DNA of 64,000 nt, from positions 6,510,001 through 6,574,000 of the forward strand of contig CM120642.1 of assembly GCA_051362555.1 (NCBI GenBank), read 5' to 3'. A model generated the notes under the pieces. That model did no database searches. It was not told the DNA's origin and was given only the letters and a program-made list of their open reading frames with translations. The translations under genes were made by a program, and so were the position numbers. Positions 13,301 to 25,600 of this stretch are shown piece by piece (within the stretch, counting starts at the first letter, position 1; each line of letters begins with the position of its first letter). This DNA comes from Lingula anatina (taxonomy: Eukaryota > Animalia > Brachiopoda).

Positions 13301-14819
13301 AAAAGGTAAAGCACTGCATGCGTGCAGGGGGCAAATGGAAAAAAATAATGCAAGCATGTACGGCACAAGGATGTAAATCCAAGTTTTTTTCGTTAATTGC
13401 AAGTCATTATGCCTTTTTACTTTTTCTTTAATGGAGAGACTGGGAACAAGGGGGTACCTAGCTGCGAAACTAAAGCCTCGGTCACAACCGGACGCACGAA
13501 TATAAGGACCGTGCGTCCCCTACGATTTTTGGGTGCAGTGGAGGCCGTGGAATTCGAAGAAGTAGAAGAAAGGTTTCAATGGAAAGGCGCAAGTCTGCTT
13601 TGCGAGTCGTAGGGGCCACGTGAGATGTCCTTTGAAGCAGGGACGCTAACTGCAAGGTGCGATGGCCGCGGAAATTGTACTCATTTCTTGGGTTTGTCTT
13701 GCTACCTGCGTTCGTGGCACGCACTCCCGCTAATGAAGAGAATGCAACGCACAGCGAAAGTAGTTCCCTTTCGCTTCACTTTTGCTTTGCACTTGCCTCA
13801 CACACTTATGATGACGTACGACGACGTACGTCAAATTTGCCTCCTCTTCACCCCGTCTTTCTTCTTCCTCCCCCCTTCTTTTCTGCTCTGTAAGTTTCTT
13901 TCTCTTCCAAGGGAGGCATACAGGGATACTAGAAGCTAAATTTAGCAAAATTTGAATTTTTTGAAAATTGTTGTACACGTTGCACAATCGACTTTCATTG
14001 TCAAGACATGAGCGTGCGTCGTGAGCACGCCTTTTATACACCAGGCTTGGGGGTGACGTACGTGCGACGCATTCCCGGCGTGCTTTCGACTTCGTTCGTT
14101 ACCTGGATGGGTGTGCGCCTTACTCAACACGCAAAGGGTGCTTGCTCCTTCATTGCTTGCGTCTTGGACCACGCACGACATACTTGCGAACTCTGCGAGG
14201 GGAGCATGTTACGCTTGCGGCCTTGCTGTCCGCAGGTTATTCGTAGAATCTGTACGTGCTTACGGGCTGTCTGCGAACTCGAAAATTCGTAAGAAGGACT
14301 TGCGTGGGACGTGAGATTCTGTGCAACGTTTGGACGCAAACAGTCCGTAAGAGCCCGTACGGCCGGTTGTGACCGAGGCTATACACACCTGTCTTAAGCC
14401 TCGATATGCATTAAAATGATGTGCATCTGAAAACAGTTAAAATTAAAAAAAATCAAAAAGGGGAAACTACTTACGGAGATGTCTTTAACATTGGCCATCC
14501 ATATCCCAGTTGGGGAAGTGGAAGAAAACTGCGAGACATTTTGGAGTTGAGGGAGCATATGGCACGTGTGATCATGGTTTTTGAATACAACTGCCGCGCA
14601 ACCGTCAGTTTCTCCACATTTCTCGGTACACTCCAACTTGGTGCTCGCTTCTACAGTGTCCAGTATAAGGGTGGCGGTATAGTTGGTGAAAACTTGCTGA
14701 AAATTGGCACATCTGAGTTCACGGGAGAGGCCGCCACACAGATCAACAGTGGCCGCACAGATATATTTTATAAAGAACCCTAACACTGTGTACCATAGGG
14801 ATAAGTAAAATCCCCGCAT
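3959..14819 (-). CDS. Paralog A: signal peptide-PAN/apple-Cys-rich module-3x CTHRC1 C-terminal domain protein (~597 aa), 11 exons
   Basis: Exons 14819-14475, 11664-11568, 10765-10674, 10183-9985, 8677-8531, 6759-6674, 6182-5987, 5839-5675, 5124-5021, 4572-4359, 4107-3959. All introns GT-AG with compatible phases, no internal stop seen, ends ...IEETFHG*. CTHRC1-like motifs ALAVYWTG, CARWYFKFNGAECADPG, SGVCKGISAG, STGW...SRIRVEE. Confidence 0.85.
4688..4918. mobile_element. Hairpin MITE-like inverted repeat in intron 9 of A
   Basis: ~100-bp arms (TATAATATATTCTTAAGAGATTCA...GTTAAATTACCTGTATGTGCAGA / TCTGCACATACAGGTAATTTAAC...TGAATCTCTTAAGATTATATTATA) around a short spacer. Confidence 0.6.
9190..9560 (+). 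mobile_element. Degenerate Tc1-type DDE transposase fragment in intron 4 of A
   Basis: Two frameshifted ORFs give ...TYETRYHLYRQGGQISVYR...ATWGGGSICIW / ...LIVIYRNLNQTRYKNIF...NSFTLQD, resembling Tc1 FSDESRF...GGGSVMVWG...LN...Y..IL...F.FQDDNA. Confidence 0.65.
9931..9979. repeat. (TA)n microsatellite. Other simple repeats: (AAT)n ~10268-10307, (TA)n ~19598-19659, (CA/CGCA)n ~22768-22820, (CT)n/(TA)n ~37164-37222, (CA)n ~44233-44271 and ~45807-45843, (GA)n ~55801-55839
   Basis: Directly visible simple repeats. They account for the YIYIYI, SLSLSL and ERERER ORFs. Confidence 0.95.
11749..11991. mobile_element. Tc1-like MITE in intron 1 of A
   Basis: TIRs TACACACACTGGACAATAGAAGTGTCACCCC / GGGGTGACATTTCTATTGTCCAGTGTGTGTA with TA at both ends. 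Confidence 0.7.
12530..13200 (+). mobile_element. Possible 3' end of a non-LTR retroelement
   Basis: Ends in AATAAA followed by a short (TTGAA)n tail (AATAAATTGAAATTGAATTGA). No convincing ORF; left boundary uncertain. Confidence 0.3.
13474..14380. mobile_element. Non-autonomous TIR DNA transposon (PIF/Harbinger-like), GC-rich, in intron 1 of A
   Basis: 18-bp TIRs AGCCTCGGTCACAACCGG / CCGGTTGTGACCGAGGCT with TAA/ATA flanks. Interior has many ACG/CGT submotifs. Absent from intron 1 of B and C. Explains the cluster of short ORFs here. Confidence 0.7.
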
Positions 14820-16816
14820 GGTGAATTTTCCAAAGGTTTAAAGTATTAAATCAGTGCACAGTTCCTATCGAATGATTGGCTTGTGCAAGTGTCTGAGATC
14901 AGAAACGACTACACCGTATCAGGTTTCCGGTCGTGCATTTCTTTAAGAAAAAGATAAAGTTTGAAAAGAAAAATGCGCCCCTCTGTCTTACTATCACGCC
15001 GATTTTCATACGCAGCATCATTACTTCGAGTGTATAAATAATTTAAGGACTGCCATGGAACCATGATGTATATATACGTCCATTTGACTTGAATTGCTTT
15101 CAAAACATTTGGTTTTATTGAACAAAATGTTTGCATTGCATTATTTTGAAAGTATATTTTTTAAATATTTCATGCTAAACTTAATAAAATCGTGAAGCAA
15201 CATCTGTTTTTTTACCACAATAATTTTTTTGTTCTAAACCGGGTCAATTAAGCTAACAATCGTCTTTTGACTTCACCTGTGACGAAAAAAGGGTCAAAAG
15301 ATAAAACGTTTGTTTTGTTTTGCTTCTTTTTTCTGTGGTTCCTAGCACATACGAAAAAGACTTGGCTTCTTTCAAAGTGAGAACATTGATTTTGGACAGC
15401 AGTTGTCCTTAAGTGCTCACATAACAGACAAAGAGAATTTCTAAGTCACTAGAAGAGACAAAAAAGTACATTGTAAACACACAGGAAATCGTGTTATGAC
15501 ACGGCTAATTGACACCCGTGTCAAATATTGATTTTGATTTCAAGTATTTGCCGCTGGGTAAAGTACACCTACAACTGAACGTATGTAATTTAGTTGAATC
15601 TTTCCTGTTTTAAGGTGAAAATTGCTGGCATCTTTAATTTTTTTTATTCTTGAAAGGATTTTGAAATCTTTCACCATTCAACGTGCCTGGACATCAATTA
15701 TACCTTTTCGTTGAATTTCTTTTTTATTTTCTTTTTATCATTGCACATGTACAAGTTTGCATTCTTAACGACAACTTAATTTTGACGAAAACAAAAATTT
15801 TCACCTATCTTTGCAAAGGAATCATACTTTGTGGTGTATCTTTGCTTTAAATTACCTATATACTGTGCATTTGTTACCTCCCCCTATTTAAGAAAAATGA
15901 ATAAAAGCAACTTTAACATTAATTATTTAAACGTTTTGTACGTTTATCTTCACAATTTCAAAGGGTAAAAATATATTTTACTGACTCTGTTTACAGAGAG
16001 TTGCCGCTTATAAAGCTACGTATCAATTTTGTCTGGCCTTACCTACTGTCAACGAAAAAATATTTTAGTTTTGAATTTTTTACCACTTGTGTTCGTAAGC
16101 CGCACCGCAACATGCTTTCTTACATGTTTACATTGCACTTCTTTGTCATTTCTATAAACTGTTCCGACTTTGAAATTCTCTTTGTCAGTTTTGTGTGTGC
16201 TCAAGGACAATTGCTGTCCAAAATCAATGTTCTCGCTTTCAAGACTTCAAGTGTTTTCGTAACGCATTGTTAGATATTGGAATCACAGTAAAAACAAGGA
16301 AAACAAAAGAAAACAGGTTTATTATCTACTACTCGACCTCAATTATCAGGTTACAGTGTGATGTCGCGAGATGATGGTTTGTTTGATGGCCGGGTTTATG
16401 ATGATTTGAAAAGAGGTGTGTTATAAAATCACTTATAACATTTTTACTAAGTATAGCGGACGACATGAAATAACCAAAACTGACACTCTCCCATCAATTT
16501 ACTGCACACATTTACTACACTCAAGTTCTGACAAAAGCAACTGCAAATATTTTGAAACCAATTAAACTAGAAAAATGTATAGCTTCCCGACAATTCCTGA
16601 ATTATTGATGTGTTCAAAAGAAGGATGTCGCCTATAAAAGATGGACGAGATATACATTGTGGTGCAATTAGGTTCTCTAATTCATATTTTCTAAGAGTGA
16701 GCCACCACAAAAACGTTGATATACTGTATTCGTGTCTGATCTCAGGCACATGTGGTAAAGCGCTAGGAAGACGCTGTGAACTGACTTTTTCCTTTTAAAC
16801 CTTTGGAAAATCCACC
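14820..16816. promoter_or_regulatory. Bidirectional intergenic region between head-to-head paralogs A and B; degenerate palindrome
   Basis: Both ends read TCTGATCTCAG.CAC...TTTAAACCTTTGGAAAAT.CACCATG toward their own ATG. ~15240-15560 is the inverted copy of ~16040-16400 (GAGAACATTGATTTTGGACAGC vs GCTGTCCAAAATCAATGTTCTC). Confidence 0.7.
16633..16639 (+). promoter_or_regulatory. Candidate TATA box of B (equivalent for C at 35462-35468)
   Basis: GCCTATAAAAGATG conserved ~180 bp upstream of the ATG in both B and C. No TSS data. Confidence 0.4.
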
Positions 16817-19594
16817 ATGCGGGGCTTATACTTATACCTGCGGTTTCTATCCCTAGGGTTCTGTATAAAATATGTCTGTGCGGCCACTGTTGATCTGTGT
16901 GGCGGCCTCTCCAGTGAACTCAGATGTGCCATTTTTCAACAAGTTTTTACCAATTATACCACCACCCTTATACTGGACACTGTAGAAGCCAGCACCAAGT
17001 TGGAATGTACTGGGGAATGTGGAGAAACTGAAGGTTGCGCAGCAGTTGTATTCAAGAACCAAGATCACACGTGCAGTATGCTCCCTGAACCCCAAGATGT
17101 TTCGCAGTTTTCCTCTAGTTCCCCAACTGGGATATGGATGGCCAATGTTAGAGACGTCTCCGTGAGTAGTTTTGCTTTTGCTTCTTTTTAAAGTTAAAAA
17201 CTCATCATGTTTATACATGTTTGCACATCGTGTTTATACAGTAGTGGCTGATATAAGGGAGAACGCACAAGCACGCCGTTGTTAGCTTTTCAGGCACACT
17301 TTCCCCCCAGCGAAAAAACAAACGGACAAAAAGCGATATAAATCCAGTTCATTCCTACATATGAAGAAAAAGAAAATCTATCGGCTCATTTTTTAAACCT
17401 CTGGCAAATCTATGATACACAGTGCTCGACAGTACATTAATCTCAATTTCATTTTTTCAAAATTGAAAAAAATTTGAAGAAAATGTATTAGCTATGAATA
17501 TAAAAATAGGCATTTTTCAATAGCGCTTGGTGTTATTATCTTTATTTTGTGAAAAACAATTTCTATAGAGATAATTGACCACCGTTAAAAGTCTAACTAG
17601 TGCAAGAAGACTGGAAAAATTGTAAAAAAATACTAGACCCAAGCCGAATCTACAAGTTAGTAGACTTCAAACGGTGAATAAAATTGAAGCCTGCGATTAT
17701 GTTCAAGAGTATGAAGGGAAACGCCGTTGTTATCAACTCCCTGTCCACAATGAAAACCATTGGGAGAGTCAGATGAAAAACACGGTACCATAGTTCACCC
17801 CACTTATTGTTTAATTTGTGGTATAGATTTAACCATAAAAAACGTGATAGATATGATTATGATAATATATCCTTATTATATGTATCAGAATTCTGTTATT
17901 CTGCAATGTTACTTAAGTTATGCACTGGTTGCTACATTCACTTATTGCTTATTATAATATTTGATACAAGCGGCCTATTTTTCATCAGCTCAGTAACAGT
18001 AGTCTTCCTTATTTATAATCTCGTCATAAGCCAGCATTAATGTTATTTTTTACAGAACTTTAAAAGAGAACACAACCAGGAAAATGTCCTTGGATAAATT
18101 CTGTCAGCTTCAGTCGCTTGTCGGGCGCTTTTTGAAACCAGCGGGATTTCGCTTGATTTTACGGCAGTTAGCGAAACTTTTGGCTATTTTTGCTGAGGCC
18201 CTTGTCATACAGAGCAGATAGTCTAATTAGTATATCAGACAAAATTTGCATTATGCGTATTATTATCAAAAATATTATTTTAAGCAAAATTAAGTGATTC
18301 AAAATCGATCCTGTCGGCTTTTATCCTATCTTAACATTGCATGATTGAGGGCATTTACATTTCTTTAAAGCGTAACATCCCACAGGAAATGTATTACTCT
18401 GGTTTAACCCATTTGTTGACAGAAACGTATTTTTTTGTATGTTTCTACATTGACCTATTCAATAATTGACTGTACATATTGAAATTAGTATCCGTCGTCT
18501 TTCGATCTTGTCGACTTGCAAAATTTATTACAGTGTCTGTATATATTCTGATTAGTTTGTTTGTCCGTGTGGTCGCTGTCGCCGTCGCTGTCGCTGTCCG
18601 ACACATGTTTTTCGCCCCATAATTTCCACACCGTACTTTTGTACTTTAAATTTACTGAGTGGCTTTGTTTGGTTAAGAGGCGGGTTGCTTTTACGTTTAC
18701 GGTAATCATTCTTTTTTTTTGAACAAATTTGACGTTCACCTCATAACTGCCAAACCGTATTTTTGTTTTAGGCCAACTTAAATTTACTGAGTGGCTTTGT
18801 TTGGTAAAAGGCAGGTTGCTTTTGAAAATCGGCATGATCGATTAACATTTACCGTAATCATTCTGTTTTTTTGTGTGAATTTTTTATTTTTCACACATTA
18901 GCATTTTCAGTGGCTTTTATATCCCATGAAGCTGAATCACTTGCTAGTTTTCCAGTGTCCATGTTAGTTGTAGTACATAATGTAAGAGGGCAGGAGTGAT
19001 TATGCTGTTTAAAGCATTATGTAACGGTGCATCAAAATTGGCCAAAACGTTGTTTGGTGCACTTTTTCTGCGTAATGTCTGAACATCCGTCAGCTTTGTT
19101 GCCTTGTTTCCTGTATGGTGTCTGTATATTTGCCAACTTTGCTGTCTAGTAAGATTTATATGGATTTTCTATATTCTATATCAGAAACCAGCCGAACTTA
19201 GACAGTTTCCGTCATCATTTTTCGCTGGGCACAGCACAGAAACGCGTATAGATTTAGCCAGAGGGATATTTGCGAATAGCTAGTTAGAAACCAACCTGTA
19301 GCCTAACAAGGTATACATTTAAAAAAATCAGCTAAATCTCACCTAAAACTCATTGAAAATTGTCCATAACCCATATGTTCGCTCGTCACTGCAGCCCAGG
19401 AATGGATTTGAAGAAGCATGCTCTACTGTGAAGTGCAGTGCGGGGTCTCGATGTCGTGTAGATTGCACCACAGGAGAGCCGGTCTGCGTAGGTTTGTATA
19501 ACGGATATAACACACTTGACTAAGCAAAGTACATGTAAATCTGGAATTTTGTCTTATCTTCAGACAAAAGTATAAAAGATTTGGTCTAATATCA

Positions 19595-19661
<67 letters not shown>

Positions 19662-22600
19662 CTACCTTTCGGTAGACAGCAGGGCCCGGTTGCACCAACG
19701 GGGCGTAAATCTACTCGGCTACGACTGTCGTAAACCGCAACGCCTGGCGTCCGTGCGCCAGGTTTACTCTCCCTGCTTACGCCCGTTGCACCAAGACAAA
19801 AACTGTTCGTCGTACATGTAACTACGCCCAAGTAACGCTCCGTTGCGTCACTGGCCAACAATACGTGAATGGTATAATTGGGCAAATGAGGTGATCTCAG
19901 CTGCAGTCATTATGGAATGATGACATAAATAAACACAAAAGGAGCATTTCAGAGACGTAGAAATTCATAAGCTACATTATTCCATTTTGATTTAGTAATA
20001 AGAACGTTAAAATACGTTAACTTTGCTGTGGCCTTGGATATATAGCAATACAATCGTAAATATATTCCGAATCAAAATATTATTATAATATGCTATTATA
20101 GTATGCTGCTGTAAATGAGAAAATCGCGTTGGAGGCAGTACGTATTTCTATTAATGGATTTGAACACCTTCACATTTGTTATTGAAACTTTTGAATCTGA
20201 AAATAATGCAAAAACGCCAACATTGCTCTCTTTTTATATTTTTACAACAGTGCCGACAATTTCATGACCTTCTTATCTATGGTTACACCGTGAGAGATCA
20301 TTTAATTCAATCGAGCTTACATCTTGGAGATTAAGAAATACAAGAGACCTAATACACATTATATAGGAGCCTTAAAAGTTTGATATTTTAAGCTTTCTTC
20401 TCTATATTTATATATAGTCAAATATAAATGATATAAAATGTGAAGAAAGAATGACTATAGTTAGTTATGATTTGTCAAAAATTGTGAAAAGAAAAAGAAT
20501 TAAAGAAACCGTACTGCTGAGAGCCAAGACGTACCTACATGTGTGGTAAGATTTAATTTGAACATATGCATATACATGTACATGGCTACACATATAATGT
20601 ATTTAGTAATTATATATATATATATATATCCAAGGAGTTATAACTCCTTGATATATCATATGATTACTAAATACATTATATGTGTAGCCATATTTTTTTT
20701 TAAACCAAGCTATACAGACGGAAGATTTGAATAAGAAACTAACAAATAACAACCCACATTTTCTACGTTAACTACGATAATTGTCATCAAACTCTCTCTG
20801 TGCTTGTCTAGCCATAGTGGAAAACGAGCTACGACCGACTTACACCACCTAGCTGGCAGGCGTAAATTTACGACTAAGTTAAGACCGACGTAAACACTAT
20901 TCTAGTTTGGTGCAACTGGCTTTACTCGGGCGTAGCAATTTGCGCCCGGTTTACGCCGGCGCAACTGCTACGCCTCACTTACGACCGGTTGGTGCAACCG
21001 GGCCCAGATGTTCACATAGACATGTAAAAAAAGCCCCTTGAGAACTGAACCGACGAGTGTTTTATGTAAAGTTATAACCATAATACTTTGTGTAATAGGG
21101 AGTTCAGCGTACTGTGATGAGACTCCAGTTTCCAATATCGTCTACGCTGGTTGGGGTGGAGGGATTGGTGCGGTGAAGGGAGGCGGACCAGTAAGTAAAC
21201 TCAAAAACATTTTCCCACTAAGGAACAACATAAAATCTTTACTACTGAAAATCTTTGAAACAGCGCCAGGCGTCCATTCAAACTGCTATTTTCTGTATGG
21301 AATCTATAGCCAATATGATTACGTTTTCCTCAGCTTTGTGCAACGCAATTTTTTTATCTGTAGATGAAAATACCTAACATGTAACTAACCATATATATGA
21401 CGAATTTGCGCTTTTATCCCATTACGCCCCCCCCCAAAGGGAGGCTTAGCTTTTTTCAAAAGCTACGTGTAATAGTAAAATGTTCCTTACATGAGTACAT
21501 GCACGCATGGACTTACCGAAATATAATTACAGAGTTTCACTTACAACAAGCTACAGGACAGTACCGGATTGAGAGTCGAATTTAGCGGATCAATTCGAAC
21601 CGCCTTAGATTGCAATAGTTGTGGCTCTATGGTCTACTTCCTTATAAACGGTACAAGTTGCACAAGTCCTTACAATATAGCGTTTACGGAACAACACACT
21701 ACGAGACGCAACAGAATGGAACATGGATCACGTAAGTGTGCGGACATTTTTGTGCCATCATAGTGAAATGTTAAAGGGCCAAAAAATGGCAAAAAATGAA
21801 ATTTCCCTGGAGTAAACAACAATTTTCCCGTACTTACCAATGGTTAATGAATCCATTTTTACATTCAGAGTTAGTCCCTGTTTTTTTTCTTAAAAGTTCG
21901 TTTTTTAAATAATCTCTTAAGAGATTATAACAGAGTATAGCGATCAGTGGAGGTCATGTGGTCTAAAGACAAGCTCAGATATCAGAATAATAGCTATAAC
22001 TGCCGTTTTTCTTGTACAACAGAATATATTGTATTTCTATGAGTTGTTCACAATGTTTTGATTGTGAAATATAGATCTCATACGAAGAGTTATTATCCCT
22101 TTAATGTAGATTTTATTATATTATCGGTTCGTGCCATTTTGAATGGTATTTTGTTATGCATTTGCTATGTAATTTAAATGTACCACTAGTTCATGTATTT
22201 TAATGTCATTCTATATTACACTAATTTGCATTTATGTTTTGTCATATTACGTTAAATTATATATTATGTGTTCATACTGTCATGACAACGTATGGAGCGG
22301 AGTCGAAATAAGCTGTAATATTCTAAAATATTTCATATATTTCAGTGATATTGTAACGAATACCTCACGTCGCTTCTGTTAAATTTTAAATTGATACATT
22401 TGATTCCAGTGTTTTGCAACAGATAAAAGTCGCTCAAATTAAATACCACCCCTTGAACTATATATATATATATATATATATTTTCATTCGTCAAAAAAAA
22501 AAAAAAAAAAAAAAAAAACAGATTGATTGACTACAGCCGTTGAATTTATTGTATCTTAAAGATTTTGAAAAAAAAAAAACGTTTATTAAAAGAAAGTTTA

Positions 22601-25600
22601 TTAAAAGGTGCTGCATATTAAGTATATTTGGCTACAATATATCTGTTTTGACTCGTTCCATTTTTAATTAATCAGTACAGTTTTATTTTTTCCATTTTGC
22701 TCATTAACTTTTATAAGCGATCAGAATAGAAACAATGCCTCTCGTCATCACACAATACACACGCATACACACACACGCACGCACGCACGCACGCACGCAC
22801 ATACACACACACACACACACCTATAACCAGCAAAATGTTATACGTTTGTTACTACGTGTTTAATCTAAATTGTTTTTGACACATCTGTTTCTAGTGTCTG
22901 GCGTCTGTTGGAATATTCCTGCTGGCATTGTCACCATTCAGATATATGTAAGGAACATAAGCGGGGAGTCAAAAGCAAGGATCGGTTGGAGATCATTCTC
23001 CTACTTCAAATTCGAGGAAATAGAAGCAAATCCTGGACAATGTTAGTATCTTAGTTATCATGCTATTTAAACAAACGGATTCGTTGTTTAGGCGCATAAT
23101 TATAGAGGTAAATCGCCTGTGCAATTTCTCACTAAAGTAAATAAATAAATAAATGTATTGTGTAATCAAATAAGATGCATATACAAGGTAATAAAGGATA
23201 CAACAAGATTACCGGTTGTTAGACCCGTCCTTCAACCGTTTAAGTCTGCAGGCACTGCCTTATATAGCAATTTTATGATTCTTACCTTAATATAAAAGAT
23301 GTTGTTTGTTGCACTTCATTTCGGGGTCCGCTACCATTAGTACATGTAAGATATAATTTGAAGACTACATGCAATTAGTTAACAGCCACTATTACCCCAA
23401 TGCCAGTATAGGGGTTATATGCATGTTGCAAAGTCGGGGTATGTACCTTTGTCAATTTTAGATTTTGTGGGAGGACGTTTCCCAAAGAGTTCTGGAAACG
23501 TAGCACTTGCAGGTGGCGTAACAATTAGAAACCACATGGTTACTTCTGCAGACTCATTCCTTATTCTAACATAGCGAATTTGACAGAGTACAAGGGAATT
23601 ATTTACAGTGTTTTTTCCCGCATAATTCATTTAGTAAGCCTTTAAAAATGGTAAATCTTTAAACAGTGGTGTACCTGTAAAGCGTTTGCAGGATGCCATA
23701 TAACATTGTCGAACTAGAGAATGTTTGTGTTCTAGTGACCACATGTAGCAGTTGTGTATAATTCGTTATTTTGTGGCACTTTTTGTGTTGAATGTCTCAA
23801 AGAACGATAAAATTTTATTTCGTATTTTACTGGAGACTTCTATGGTACCCTAATTGCAAATTATCACTTTAATTAGATATATAGTATCATCGCACGCAAT
23901 GTTTTGTACAATTCTGCTTTTCAGCACAGTGTGAGACCCTGACACTTTTCAACATTAAGGAATTTGTGGTGGTGCAGGATATTTTCGTAAAAGATGAAAA
24001 CATCTACTTGGTAATCATTATTCATAACCTCTCCCTGTCTTCATCAGCAACATTAATAATAATAATAATAATACACTTATTGAAATCATAGCAACCATAT
24101 ATATACAAAATTCTATTTAAAATTATCTTAAAACGTTGAGCTCATAACGTATAAGCACTGGTCTCTGAAACTAGAAAAATAAACGGAATTACTTTGTGTT
24201 GCAGAAACTTTCAGTTTTAATGGTTATATTAGCACTATGAAACAATATTGATTAGTGCTTATCCATGCGGCGTTTTCCGAATGTGACTCAGTTTGCGTTT
24301 ACCGGGGTATGCCTATATGGTGATTAAGTCAGAAAAAATCAAAGTAAATCAAGAAATGAGAGTCTTTTAATTTTGTCTTTTTTATGCAGTGTTGCAATTT
24401 CTTGCGTTCCTTTTATATTTTAATATGAAAACACTCAGTGTAGTATACTAAGCAAACAAAAAACGCCTCTGTAATGAAGACCTCTTATTTTTATCATGTA
24501 CCGCATTTCAGAGTAAAACATACTTAAAACGAAGCTCGAACACGGCCCTGGCAGTCTACTGGACGGGAAGTCTACGTGAAGTCGGAGCAAACTGTGCCAG
24601 ATGGTACTTCACGTTCAATGGTGAAGAGTGCTCCGATCCCGGTACGATAGATGGCGCTTTGTACATGGCAAATGACTTGCATAATGCCATTTTCAAGACT
24701 TTTGAGTGTAAGTAGGAAACCTTCACACTTTAGGAAACAGTGGTATAGGACAACACAAATATTTATCTTAGCAAGTAAGTGACATCGATAAACTGAATAA
24801 TGTGTCCTTATTACGACGTTTCCTCTCCCTGTTGGAGACATCAGCCGGTCTCCTGAGAATACTGTTTTCAGTCTTGTTATGTAACCATCCGTATTCTAAA
24901 GTCTCCGAGCTAAGTCCTTTTCTTTTTTTATTCTTATTTGCACTTCATATATTTGTATAATCTTTTGGTCGCTATGATTAAAATGGAATTATTTTTGTTA
25001 TATAAATAAAATTGAATGAGGCAAAACGGCGAATGATTTGATCATTTGTGTAAATGTGATTTTCGATCTTACCCGTGCGAATTTACATTTCACGAAATTG
25101 TATTTGTTTGTAGTTTCTGGTGTTTGCAAAGGAATCCCCGCAGGGGCGGTTAATATATCGTTCCACTGCGGAAACTGCCCTTGGAATATAAGCAATGGTA
25201 ACCCGTCCACTGGGTGGTATGTAGCATCAAGGTTAAGGGTGGAAGAAACCCGGCTGGGTTTGGATATAAATGCACGTGAGTGACACATTATTACATACGG
25301 TATTAGTTTTGCTGCACTTTCCCCATAATGGTCGGTTTATAGATATTCTGTATTACCAATATTTCGACAATTGAATTAACGGACTTTTATTTACCAACAG
25401 CTCCCAGATTGGATTTTGGAGAGGGAAATAAGGGGGACTTAAACTCTAAAAATACACTAGTGATTTAATTGGGGCATACTGGTACATGTATGACAGGGGT
25501 TTATTGCATAAACCAGCAAACAATTGTTTTATTAATAAAGGGCTAGTTTAAGGAAAATGAGTGGGACAGTGGTTTTGCCTAGTTTCTCTCGCTTAAATAC

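Noticed and set aside
13397-14339. Dense cluster of overlapping ORFs in a GC-rich patch
   Set aside because: Almost all inside the TIR element 13474-14380; no transposase or other motif.
336-14819. Functional or read-through link between gene A and the lipoxygenase 1.5 kb downstream on the same strand
   Set aside because: A has its own stop and a candidate AATAAA (~3803-3808 on the minus strand). Adjacency alone is not evidence in an animal genome.
21038-21367. Apparent signal-peptide start MRTEPTSVLCKVITIILCVIG (also 44360)
   Set aside because: The start codon is TTG and the hydrophobic stretch is the intron's T-rich acceptor region. The real exon begins after TAG at 21099 (44421 in C), and A lacks this leader.
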